From a virus: a DNA stretch of 64,000 nucleotides. The DNA is taken from IMG/VR virus record IMGVR_UViG_3300042988_000341, positions 24,578-88,577 of that record; one strand, given 5' to 3'. Made by a program: the position numbers and the translations under genes. Numbering within the stretch: the stretch's first letter is position 1; each line of letters starts with the position of its first letter. Of this stretch, positions 21,540 to 30,377 are shown in pieces. Under the pieces are notes generated by a model, which made no database searches, was not told the origin of the DNA, and saw only the letters and a list, made by a program, of their open reading frames with translations.

Positions 21540-22801
21540 TTGACATTAATAAACTTTGTGTGCAGCCATGGATGCACCTAGCCAGCTTTAATAATGGCCA
21601 GGTGCCTCTATGTTGCGTTGCTCAACCAGAGCAAGGTATTAATTTAAATACCCAAACGCCGATCCAAATATGGAATAGCCAACAGTTTAAAACTGCTAGA
21701 TTGCAGTTCTTAGCCGGTGAACAACCACCACAATGTAGTGCTTGTTGGCGCGAAGAGGCGGCTGGAGTTAAAAGTCACCGCCAGATTGAGAATACAATGT
21801 GGTCGCGAATCCTGGGTCCAGAGTATCTACAAGAGTTAATTGCTAGTACTGGCGAAGATGGCACTCTTGATAGAAACCCAATTACCTTAGATTTGCGTAT
21901 AGGTAATACCTGTAATCTACAGTGCGTTATGTGTAGGCCGCATGATAGTAGCAGATGGCTAGCTGATAGTCGGAAACTAGCCCAATCATTGACTAGTCCT
22001 GGTGCTCGTGGTGATTGGGAATATAAGGCTACCAGTATCAAGTCAACTGATTGCTTTGACTGGTTCTCTAGACTAGAAACTCAGAATGCCCTGGGCGAAT
22101 TCATGGGAGATATTCAGAGAATTGTCTTTGGCGGCGGCGAGCCACTAATGCTTAAAGAACACTTAGAGTTTATTACTAGACTGGTAGAGTCAGGTCACGC
22201 TGGGAACATTACCCTGGGCTATCATACTAATGGCACTCAATTAACTGAACGATTCATTGAGTTATGGAGTCACTTTAAAGCAGTAGAGTTAATGATTAGT
22301 GTGGACGACTGGGGACAACGTAACGACTACGTAAGATACCCTAGCAGTTGGTCAACTTTGCTAGCTAACCTAGACAGACTAGATAATACTGCTGACAATA
22401 TTAAGGTTAATATCTTGGCTACAGTACATGCTATGAATATCTACAATCTACCTGAGTTCGCCCAGCAGGTCTTAGACCGAGGATGGTCCAAGATAGGTAG
22501 CAGAAATCACGGTCTGTTCTTTGTGGGCACCACCCACTGGCCTCAATATATGAGTACTCAAGTACTACCTGCCACAATTAAAGATCAGGTAGCTAGTCAT
22601 TGGGCTAAATTTCCTGCTATAATGGAGCATCCTCAGTGGCGGAACAGAATTCACCAACAACTAGAGTTCATGCTGAGTAGAGATGAGTCTAGTAGATTCC
22701 CGGACCTCGTTGATTATATCGACCGTCTCGATGACATTAGGCCCATCAAGTTCAAGGATCTATACAGTGAATACTATCAACTCCTTCGAGGCACACAATG
22801 A
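21536..22801 (+). CDS. Radical SAM protein with N-terminal Twitch/SPASM-like Cys cluster
   Basis: CNLQCVMC and GGGEP; N-terminal CVQPW..LCC..CSAC. Confidence 0.85.
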   Translation: MIDINKLCVQPWMHLASFNNGQVPLCCVAQPEQGINLNTQTPIQIWNSQQFKTARLQFLAGEQPPQCSACWREEAAGVKSHRQIENTMWSRILGPEYLQELIASTGEDGTLDRNPITLDLRIGNTCNLQCVMCRPHDSSRWLADSRKLAQSLTSPGARGDWEYKATSIKSTDCFDWFSRLETQNALGEFMGDIQRIVFGGGEPLMLKEHLEFITRLVESGHAGNITLGYHTNGTQLTERFIELWSHFKAVELMISVDDWGQRNDYVRYPSSWSTLLANLDRLDNTADNIKVNILATVHAMNIYNLPEFAQQVLDRGWSKIGSRNHGLFFVGTTHWPQYMSTQVLPATIKDQVASHWAKFPAIMEHPQWRNRIHQQLEFMLSRDESSRFPDLVDYIDRLDDIRPIKFKDLYSEYYQLLRGTQ

Positions 22802-23811
22802 AACACGAAATCGGCGAAAGTGATATCATATTCATGAGTAAGACGGAGATATCTAAGCACACTGCTGAGTATCTACACTCCAATGGTCCTAACTCATGGA
22901 AGGACTGGTGGTGCAGCGCTGGATTAAGGTCCCTGTACATCAGTCATGATGGGTTAATCTATAGAGGCACGTGTCAGGTAGACGGCGTGATTGGTAGTAT
23001 CTATAACACCGGTAGTCCTAGAGCAGTAGAACTAAGTCAATGGGTTAAATGTACCGCGGATACATGTATGTGTGCTCCCGATATGAGAGCTCCTAAAGTA
23101 GTTAATATTGAAAATAGCAACATTGTTGGCATGACCCATCAATATTTGCCTAAGGCGTACTGGGTTAATAACGCAGAAGTGGATCTGGTCAATGACCCAT
23201 ATGTTACATATAGCCAGGCCCATGAGGAGTTTAAACTAGTCATATGGGAACTAGGTCGACGCTGTAACTATGATTGTTGGTATTGTGGTCCAGATGCCCA
23301 TAATACATACGAGAGTCAAAAGACCCTAGGTTCACTATTAGCGGCGGTCCGCCAACTACAGATTATATGGCTTAATAGTCAACCAGCCAAGTTTGTATTC
23401 GCTGGTGGCGAATCAACATTCAACCCAGACTTCATGGAGTTTGCTAATCATCTACACAAGGACGGTCACAGAATTCATACAACTACCAATGGCAGTCATA
23501 CCACCGCGTACTACACTGAACTAGCTAGGATATCTGATATCTCATTTAGCGCTCACCTCAGTTATCTTGAGACTCCAAACATCGCAAAGAAGTTTATAGC
23601 AAACGTAGCAGCAGCAACCATCAACGCGGGATTAAACTATATCGAGGTCAGAATCATGCTCCAACCAGGTAAATTACTCCAGGCCCAGGAGCTCCATACT
23701 CGCTTAATAGAAGTTACTCCACGTGTTACAGTCGATCTCCTACATAACGAAACTAAGACTACCATTGAATATACCGCCCAAGAAGTCCAATGGGCTACCA
23801 GTCATCAATAA
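22798..23811 (+). CDS. Radical SAM protein with N-terminal Cys-rich domain
   Basis: CNYDCWYC, AGGES and TTNGS; N-terminal CSAG..GTC..CTADTCMC. Confidence 0.8.
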   Translation: MKHEIGESDIIFMSKTEISKHTAEYLHSNGPNSWKDWWCSAGLRSLYISHDGLIYRGTCQVDGVIGSIYNTGSPRAVELSQWVKCTADTCMCAPDMRAPKVVNIENSNIVGMTHQYLPKAYWVNNAEVDLVNDPYVTYSQAHEEFKLVIWELGRRCNYDCWYCGPDAHNTYESQKTLGSLLAAVRQLQIIWLNSQPAKFVFAGGESTFNPDFMEFANHLHKDGHRIHTTTNGSHTTAYYTELARISDISFSAHLSYLETPNIAKKFIANVAAATINAGLNYIEVRIMLQPGKLLQAQELHTRLIEVTPRVTVDLLHNETKTTIEYTAQEVQWATSHQ

Positions 23812-23813
23812 CT

Positions 23814-23918
23814 ATGCTTAAAACACTAGCTAATCTCCTGTACTATGGCCCACTACTATGGTACAAACAACGCAAGAAACTCAAAGAGCTCCGTCGTCAA
23901 GACCCATTTACCTATTAA
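23814..23918 (+). CDS. Tiny 34-aa peptide (absent from ORF track)
   Basis: MLKTLANLLYYGPLLWYKQRKKLKELRRQDPFTY*. Sits exactly 2 nt after the previous stop and 2 nt before the next ATG. Confidence 0.65.
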   Translation: MLKTLANLLYYGPLLWYKQRKKLKELRRQDPFTY

Positions 23919-23920
23919 CT

Positions 23921-24682
23921 ATGAATACAATCATTATTAACGCCCATACCAGAACAGGCAGCGAACTTCTACTAGCTATTCTTCGTAGTCGAGGGTACTA
24001 TACACTAGGTGAAATTGTTACTAACTCGGTGCCACAATCATTCATCACTAATCACAGGCGGGACCCCAACTTCGAACACGAATACTTTGAACAGTTTAAT
24101 CGTGGACTAAGATATCTACTTAACGATACTAATGCGCCTAATAAGGTAGTTAAAGTAATGATCAACCATCGCCATGCTATTAGGCCATATATCTACCAAT
24201 ATGCTACCAGTCAAATACTACTACATCGTCAGGATATGTTTGCTAGTCAGATTAGTCATGGAGTAGCTATGGCCAGTGGCCAATGGATTAAATGGGGCTC
24301 AAATCAACCATTGGAGTGGAAGTCATTGGCTACTCCATTCACTGGCACGTTAGATGCCCAGAACTTCGAGCAACGTCTCCAGTGGAGAATCTCGGACTAT
24401 GAAGAATTACTTGAATCGACACCACCGTATACCAGAGTAGTTATGTACGATGAACTAGTAGAATATGCCCGGGCTAAGCCCCACTCTCTATATACTATAC
24501 CAACTGATCCACCAGTGATTAGTAATATCGAGGAGCTCCAGGACATATATTACAGGTATCTGCCTAGAGTCGAGGCTATTAATGGACGAATCACAGCAAT
24601 CAAAACCTCTGCATGCAATAGTTTAGATAGTACAGATAGTACAGATACCACGTTCGCCCAATACTTAGATAGCCTATGTTAA
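23921..24682 (+). CDS. Sulfotransferase-like (Stf0/P-loop type) protein
   Basis: N-terminal 'AHTRTGS' PAPS-binding-like loop, 'LGE', 'LLHRQD...QISH', 'YDEL'. Start corrected to 23921. Confidence 0.6.
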   Translation: MNTIIINAHTRTGSELLLAILRSRGYYTLGEIVTNSVPQSFITNHRRDPNFEHEYFEQFNRGLRYLLNDTNAPNKVVKVMINHRHAIRPYIYQYATSQILLHRQDMFASQISHGVAMASGQWIKWGSNQPLEWKSLATPFTGTLDAQNFEQRLQWRISDYEELLESTPPYTRVVMYDELVEYARAKPHSLYTIPTDPPVISNIEELQDIYYRYLPRVEAINGRITAIKTSACNSLDSTDSTDTTFAQYLDSLC

Positions 24683-25434
24683 CCACCAGATACCATCAAA
24701 CAGACTCCGAGGAGCTGCTGGCCTACAATATGGAGCATCAGCCCGCTAGCTGGCGCTGGCATAAGGAGACGTTTGACTATACCTTTAACAGTCGTGGGTG
24801 GAGAATGAATAAGGAGATCGAGGACGTTGATTATTCTAACTATCTCCTGTTCCTAGGGTGTAGCTATACTGTGGGCATTGGGCTGCCAGTAGAAGAAACA
24901 TTCCCCGCAATTATTGCCCAGCAGACTGGCAGGGACTATATTAATGCTGCCCAAGGTGGCACCAGTACCTATTACTCATGGCATACATGTATTGACCTTA
25001 TCGCCACCCTGCCAGGGGCACCTGGTGCCATTGTTATTAACTGGCCAGCTCTCCACCGCAATATGTATTGGCAGGCTAACGGTCAGCCTGTCCATTGTAG
25101 TCCACGTTTGATGAATAATGTGCCCGCCGAGTTTAAAACAGGGTTCACTAGTCACTGGATGAATGAGACTGACCTGGTCAATAAATTTAATAAGGCCAGG
25201 CTGAGTCTCCAGCTGTTATGCGCGGCCAAGAATATTCCACTATGGGATTTCACTCAATTTGATACTCCTGTACAGCAGCAGACTGGTGTGCCGCTGATCA
25301 TGGCCGATACTGGCAGTAGTGACTCTAATGGTCGGTGGGCCAGAGATATTCAGCGTGGTAGTCAGTGGACCGCGCATCTTGGTCCCGACCATCACCAGTA
25401 CGTGGCCAATCGATTCCTCGCGAACTTTTCATAA
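24676..25434 (+). CDS. SGNH/GDSL-like hydrolase or acyltransferase
   Basis: 'FLGCSYTVG' block I, 'NAAQGG', C-terminal 'ARD...AHLG'. Confidence 0.6.
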   Translation: MLTTRYHQTDSEELLAYNMEHQPASWRWHKETFDYTFNSRGWRMNKEIEDVDYSNYLLFLGCSYTVGIGLPVEETFPAIIAQQTGRDYINAAQGGTSTYYSWHTCIDLIATLPGAPGAIVINWPALHRNMYWQANGQPVHCSPRLMNNVPAEFKTGFTSHWMNETDLVNKFNKARLSLQLLCAAKNIPLWDFTQFDTPVQQQTGVPLIMADTGSSDSNGRWARDIQRGSQWTAHLGPDHHQYVANRFLANFS

Positions 25435-25536
25435 CTTTATTTTTCTACTTACTCGTCCCAACTGCGTTGCAAATACTTTTTAGTGGTGGACGGCTAAAAT
25501 AGCTAATAATCGCCTAATTAACGGTATTTTTCACTG

Positions 25537-25544
25537 AATAAATA
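25537..25544 (+). promoter_or_regulatory. T4-like late promoter (AATAAATA)
   Basis: TAAATA core upstream of the carbamoyltransferase. Confidence 0.5.
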
Positions 25545-25562
25545 TAAAGAACTTTATCTACT

Positions 25563-27026
25563 ATGAACTACATTGGAATATCTTGTGGCTACCATGATGC
25601 TGCTATTACCGTTATTGACGGTACTGGTAATATAGTGTATGCTGGTCATGCTGAGCGGTATGGTGGTGGTAAACATACTCCACACTTGAATAGTGGCATT
25701 ATTAATGCTGCTATGGCTAGTATCAATACTAGTACTGATAGTTATAGTCTACATTATTATGAGCGTCCACTAGTTAAATGGTTACGCAGATGGTGGGCTG
25801 GTGAGAGGCCATCGTGGAGGAGTATAGATATAGGTAGTATTATTGGTACGCAGAATATGGCTCTACTTGGTTATGATAGTAGGAAGATTAATACTTATAA
25901 TCATCATCTTAGTCATGCGGCTGCTGGCTTCCAAACTAGTCCATATATGGATGCTACTGTGGTTATTATTGATGCTATTGGTGAGTTTGAATGTGTTACT
26001 ATATGGAAGGCAGGGTGGGATGATGGTAGGGCAAAATATACGAGATTGTATACTAGATATTATCCGAATTCGATCGGACTCTTTTATACTGGAATTACTA
26101 GAAGGTGTGGCCTACGCCCATTAGACGAGGAGTATATCTTAATGGGTATGGCTGCCTATGGTGTTCCTAGATATGTTGAGGAGATGAGGCGGTTATTAGA
26201 TATGAATTTACATCGTGGTTGTGATTGGTTCTTGCCTGATGCTGATATCTATGACTTGGCTGCTAGTGCACAGGTGCTGGTGGAGGAGCTAATAGTGGAG
26301 GTGGTGGAGATTGCTAAAAAAATTGGAGCTAGCTCCAATTTAGTATACGGTGGTGGTCTAGCATTAAACTGTAGGGCGAATAGATTGCTGGGTGATTATT
26401 ATTCTAATGTATGGATTATGCCTAATCCTGGTGATGCTGGTAGTAGTTTAGGCGCGGCCGCTCTAGGTTATGGTGGCCGAATTAAGTTTAATAATTGCTA
26501 TTTGGGCACTAATATTAGTGGACAGTATCCGGTTACGGAGTTGTTGGAGGAGTTATTATCTACTGGTATAGTTGGAGTAGCATCAGGTAGGGCGGAGTTT
26601 GGTCCACGAGCCTTGGGTAATAGAAGTTTATTAGCTGACCCTAGAGGTAAGGATATTCGAACTAGGGTGAATAATATTAAACAACGCCAGCAATTTAGAC
26701 CATTTGCTCCTGTTATCTTAGAGGAGCATGCCGATATGTACTTTGATCTGGTACCGGGTGTTAATAGTCAATATATGCAGGTAGTGGCTAGATGTAGAGT
26801 GCCAGAATTATTCCCTGCTATTGTTCATTATGATGGTACCAGTAGAGTTCAAACAGTAGCGGCAGATGGTTCTGGCATCCGACTATTATTGGAGGCATGG
26901 TACGAGAGGACAGGTTGCCCTATGTTATTAAATACCTCGCTGAATATTCGAGGTAGGCCTATGGTTAATACCCAGGAGGATGCTGCTCAGTTTGAGGCTG
27001 AATATGGTGTTCGGGTATTAAGTTAA
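25563..27026 (+). CDS. Carbamoyltransferase (CmcH/NodU/TobZ family)
   Basis: 'HDAA', 'HHLSHAA', 'DAIGE', 'GGLALNC', 'PGDAG', 'EFGPRALGNRS', 'FRPFAP', 'LNTSLN'. Confidence 0.92.
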   Translation: MNYIGISCGYHDAAITVIDGTGNIVYAGHAERYGGGKHTPHLNSGIINAAMASINTSTDSYSLHYYERPLVKWLRRWWAGERPSWRSIDIGSIIGTQNMALLGYDSRKINTYNHHLSHAAAGFQTSPYMDATVVIIDAIGEFECVTIWKAGWDDGRAKYTRLYTRYYPNSIGLFYTGITRRCGLRPLDEEYILMGMAAYGVPRYVEEMRRLLDMNLHRGCDWFLPDADIYDLAASAQVLVEELIVEVVEIAKKIGASSNLVYGGGLALNCRANRLLGDYYSNVWIMPNPGDAGSSLGAAALGYGGRIKFNNCYLGTNISGQYPVTELLEELLSTGIVGVASGRAEFGPRALGNRSLLADPRGKDIRTRVNNIKQRQQFRPFAPVILEEHADMYFDLVPGVNSQYMQVVARCRVPELFPAIVHYDGTSRVQTVAADGSGIRLLLEAWYERTGCPMLLNTSLNIRGRPMVNTQEDAAQFEAEYGVRVLS

Positions 27027-27595
27027 ACGCCGCATACTACTAGATGAATACGCTCCTCTAGCCCGCCATTATATACCCAGTGAACTTCCCTAGTATCTAA
27101 TTCATACCAATGATTATCTAGTGGAAGATGATAACAGCTAGCGGTAGTAGGTAGTTCACTTCTGTCTAGGTTCATATCAGTGGTAGCATGTGCTACCTGT
27201 GCTCCTGGATTAGTTTTTAATACTAGATGATATCTGACCTCGGCGTCCTTATGTACACTTAGGCCAGTTTTAGGTGGTAATCTCATAAATCTAATTCTAC
27301 CTAGCCTAATATCAAGATGTTCTTGTAACTCCTCAATACAACGGCGAACTGTCCAGGTATTATCAATATTCCACTGGGTGAAGTCTACCTCGTGCGCTCT
27401 GTAACCACCAATACTTGATGAATATAAACTACCAGTGCCGTCTCTCCAGCAATCTATACTGGTTGGTTGAGAATTTAATGCTAGTTGATTCATGTCCTGC
27501 CATACATCAGCTAGTATTTTATTATCTAATAGTTGCTGTAAATCAGCTAGTACAGCCTGGGCAGGCGCGGTTAAATTTAATTTTTTAAGAAACAT
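27023..27595 (-). CDS. 2OG-Fe(II) oxygenase (Asp/Asn beta-hydroxylase-like)
   Basis: HxD 'VHKD', distal His 'HWVYN', 'RIHL'. Paralog of 29728. Confidence 0.7.
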   Translation of the reverse strand: MFLKKLNLTAPAQAVLADLQQLLDNKILADVWQDMNQLALNSQPTSIDCWRDGTGSLYSSSIGGYRAHEVDFTQWNIDNTWTVRRCIEELQEHLDIRLGRIRFMRLPPKTGLSVHKDAEVRYHLVLKTNPGAQVAHATTDMNLDRSELPTTASCYHLPLDNHWYELDTREVHWVYNGGLEERIHLVVCGV

Positions 27596-28237
27596 TTATT
27601 TTCTCCAAATTGCCATGTATCTAGTATATTCAGCAGTAACGAATTCACCAGTATAATAGGGAGCTTCCACCCTATTCTGAACTAGGAAGTCGCTAATATC
27701 AGTGGAGCACCTAATATGCTCCTCGCACTCAAAGTAGTTGTTGCCCTGTACTACAATTAAGGTACCAGTTGGAATATTATCCAACCAGGTATCATAAGTT
27801 GCCTGTAGAACATGCTCAGTGGAAGTATTAATTACGATATCTGGTCTAATATCAGATTGGTATTGATAGGTAGCCATATCTGCGGTCACCGCCTTAAATC
27901 GCCAATCGTCCATCTCGTGAATTTTATTTACTTGATCTGCTATAGGCTCACACCAGGAATCTAAGTCAATACTGCGTATCTTCCTAACATTAATATCAGA
28001 TTGAATTATCATATTAGCTAGAATTCCTATCCACCCACCAAAGATATAGATATTTTGAGGAGCGCCCGCCATAACATACTCACTGAGATGATTAACCAAC
28101 CAACCCTTAGATGCTAATTGACCCCACCATAAGGCATCTAATGCCCTAGTACGCTCCTGGTGACTGTCAATATTACGAATAGCATTCATCCATTGAGCTA
28201 TCTCTAAATTACTGATCTTAAACTCTGATTTATTCAT
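27596..28237 (-). CDS. Class I SAM-dependent methyltransferase-like protein
   Basis: 'IFGGWIG' Gly motif, 'SIDLD', 'ADM', 'INTSTEH'. Confidence 0.65.
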   Translation of the reverse strand: MNKSEFKISNLEIAQWMNAIRNIDSHQERTRALDALWWGQLASKGWLVNHLSEYVMAGAPQNIYIFGGWIGILANMIIQSDINVRKIRSIDLDSWCEPIADQVNKIHEMDDWRFKAVTADMATYQYQSDIRPDIVINTSTEHVLQATYDTWLDNIPTGTLIVVQGNNYFECEEHIRCSTDISDFLVQNRVEAPYYTGEFVTAEYTRYMAIWRK

Positions 28238-28242
28238 GGAGG

Positions 28243-28261
28243 TATTTATATGGTGTAAATA
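28243..28261. promoter_or_regulatory. Divergent pair of late promoters
   Basis: TATAAATA on minus (28243-28250) and GTAAATA on plus (28255-28261). Each TAAATA lies 5 nt from an ATG. Confidence 0.7.
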
Positions 28262-28266
28262 ACTCT

Positions 28267-29748
28267 ATGATAGAAGATGATGAAGACTACTGGGAAATTC
28301 CTGATAATATCGATAGGAGTTCGTTTGATTTTACTTGGCGTCCTGACCTCTATGAGCCTCCGTATATTCATCAATTCCCTATTAAATCTAATATAGATGG
28401 CGGTCCAAGATATATTGCTGCTGGCGCAACCGATATTAAATATCATACCGAGCCGATTGCTACTATTATTCCAGACTGGAGTAAATGGTGGATACCGGAC
28501 ACCATCGATCGGAATTCATTTGATTTTACATGGGAGCCCGATATCTACGAGCCTCCATATATTCATCAATTCCCTACTAAATGGGCCAATGATGCTGGCC
28601 CTAGATACATAGCTACTGGCGCTACTGATTTTAAATATCACGATGAACCAGTAGCTGATATTAATATTGACTGGAGTAAATGGTGGATACCGGACAATAT
28701 TGATTGTAGTAATTTTGATTTTACATGGGTGCCAGGAAAAACTGATAGGCCATACATATATCAATTCGGTACCCAACATCAAAAGACAGGCGGACCTAGA
28801 TATATTCAACCAGGTAGCAGAAGATTTAAATATGAATCGTCTCAACACGCAATTAAATTACCAGATACTGATAATTGGGTAGTACATCCTGATCTAGAAG
28901 TTATTGACTTTGATTGGAGCTGGCACCCAGACAGTACTGACAGCATTTATAACTATGTTTTTGGCACAAGAGATATACCTCCACAGGAAATAAATTTAAT
29001 TACCTACAAGATGGCTACCGGAGCACCTAGTAAATATTCAGATATTATGGCCAACGCTAGATGGCAGGATCTAGATATTATATTCGTTAGTAATGGTGAG
29101 GTCGGCGAACAGCAACGATATGATAGATTGTGCGAGGTGGCTGGCAGAGAAGTTAAATGGGTACGAGGCGTTAATGGCAGAGAGAATGCCCTTAGCGCGG
29201 CAGCCCAATTATCCACTACCCAATGGTTTATCTTATTCCCTGGTAAATTATGGGCAGATGCGGCGTTTGATTTTAATTTCCAACCCAATCGAACATATGA
29301 GCCTAAGCATTATATTTTTTATGCCAAGAACCCATTAAATGGATTGGAATATGGGCATCAGGCAGCAGTATGTTATAATCGACAATTAGTATTAGAGACT
29401 ATCAACTACGGCCTCGACTTTACCATGAGTAAATTACACGATATTGTGCCAGTATTAAGTGGAGTAGCCCAATATAACAGTAGTGTTATTATGACCTGGC
29501 GCACGGCATTCCGTGAGGTGATTAAATTACTACATGCTGGTGATGCTGAGAGCGCCGCCAGATTAGAAGTTTGGCGAACAGTGGCAGACGGAGAGAATGC
29601 TGAGTGGAGTATAGCAGGCGCTAATGATGCGTTGGATTATTATACGGAAGTATCGGGTGATATATCAAAACTCATGGACACATTTAGTTGGCAGTGGTTG
29701 GAAGAATATTTTAACAGCAAATATTCATTAACAACCGCAGACCACTAG
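28267..29748 (+). CDS. Glycosyltransferase-like protein with N-terminal 65-aa Trp-rich repeats
   Basis: About 3.5 repeats of 'W.IPD.ID...FDFTW.PD.YEPPYIHQF...GPRYI'. The C-terminal domain is homologous to 17736 ('IIFVSNGE', 'WRTAFREVIKL'). Confidence 0.6.
   Translation: MIEDDEDYWEIPDNIDRSSFDFTWRPDLYEPPYIHQFPIKSNIDGGPRYIAAGATDIKYHTEPIATIIPDWSKWWIPDTIDRNSFDFTWEPDIYEPPYIHQFPTKWANDAGPRYIATGATDFKYHDEPVADINIDWSKWWIPDNIDCSNFDFTWVPGKTDRPYIYQFGTQHQKTGGPRYIQPGSRRFKYESSQHAIKLPDTDNWVVHPDLEVIDFDWSWHPDSTDSIYNYVFGTRDIPPQEINLITYKMATGAPSKYSDIMANARWQDLDIIFVSNGEVGEQQRYDRLCEVAGREVKWVRGVNGRENALSAAAQLSTTQWFILFPGKLWADAAFDFNFQPNRTYEPKHYIFYAKNPLNGLEYGHQAAVCYNRQLVLETINYGLDFTMSKLHDIVPVLSGVAQYNSSVIMTWRTAFREVIKLLHAGDAESAARLEVWRTVADGENAEWSIAGANDALDYYTEVSGDISKLMDTFSWQWLEEYFNSKYSLTTADH
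28291..28965 (+). repeat. Internal coding repeat, 195-bp period
   Basis: GACTGGAGTAAATGGTGGATACCGGACA recurs 195 bp apart (about 28474 and 28669). Confidence 0.8.
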
Positions 29749-30306
29749 ATGAATTCTCTCCTGCTCACCGCCGTTATATACCCAATGAGGTTCTCTAGCG
29801 TCTAATTCGTACCAGTGATTATCTTGTGGTATATGATAGCATTGTGCTACCGATGGTAGTTCAATATCACTGTCAGTAGTTACATGATGGGCGAATACAA
29901 CTGCTGGATTAGTTTTTAATACTAGATGATACCGTAATTCATAATCTCGATGAACACTAAGGCCAGTTCTGGGCAATAATCTCATAAACCTAATTCTACC
30001 CAGTTCAATGCCCAGAGTATCTCTAAGTAACTCAAGCTGCTGTCTGACATACCACGACTGATCGATATTCCATCGAGTAAAGTCATTCTCATTGAATAGA
30101 TAAACATCATTCTTATAGTCGTATTTACTGCCGATACAGTCCTGCCATGGATCAATACTATCTGGGCGACTAGTCAAACCTACCTGATTCCTCATATGCC
30201 AGATATTGTCGTTCTCTGACCACGCTGTTTGTGTCTCCAATATAGTGATTAAATCATTATTAATTCTGTTGCTATCACTTGTTATATCTAGCTTCTTTAA
30301 GAACAT
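29728..30306 (-). CDS. 2OG-Fe(II) oxygenase (Asp/Asn beta-hydroxylase-like), paralog
   Basis: 'LGRIRFMRL.P.TGLSVH.D...RYHLVLKTNP...HWVYNGG..ERIHLVVCG' is shared with 27023. Confidence 0.7.
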   Translation of the reverse strand: MFLKKLDITSDSNRINNDLITILETQTAWSENDNIWHMRNQVGLTSRPDSIDPWQDCIGSKYDYKNDVYLFNENDFTRWNIDQSWYVRQQLELLRDTLGIELGRIRFMRLLPRTGLSVHRDYELRYHLVLKTNPAVVFAHHVTTDSDIELPSVAQCYHIPQDNHWYELDAREPHWVYNGGEQERIHLVVCGC

Positions 30307-30326
30307 TTAGTGGTTACTCCTGTCGT

Positions 30327-30359
30327 TATTTAGTTGTTCAAAATCTCTTTGTCTAAATA
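30327..30359. promoter_or_regulatory. Divergent pair of late promoters (CTAAATA on both strands)
   Basis: TATTTAG at 30327-30333 (minus) and CTAAATA at 30353-30359 (plus), each followed by an SD and ATG. Confidence 0.6.
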
Positions 30360-30377
30360 CACTCGAGGTAAATTACA

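Noticed and set aside
28291-28965. Regularly spaced direct repeats resembling a CRISPR array or a DGR template/variable pair
   Set aside because: They are in-frame 195-bp protein repeats, with no unique spacers and no cas or reverse transcriptase gene in the window.
15761-30306. Abundant TAG/CTAG suggesting stop-codon reassignment
   Set aside because: Genes are full length and tightly coupled in the standard code; the TAGs are out of frame (e.g. CTA-G).
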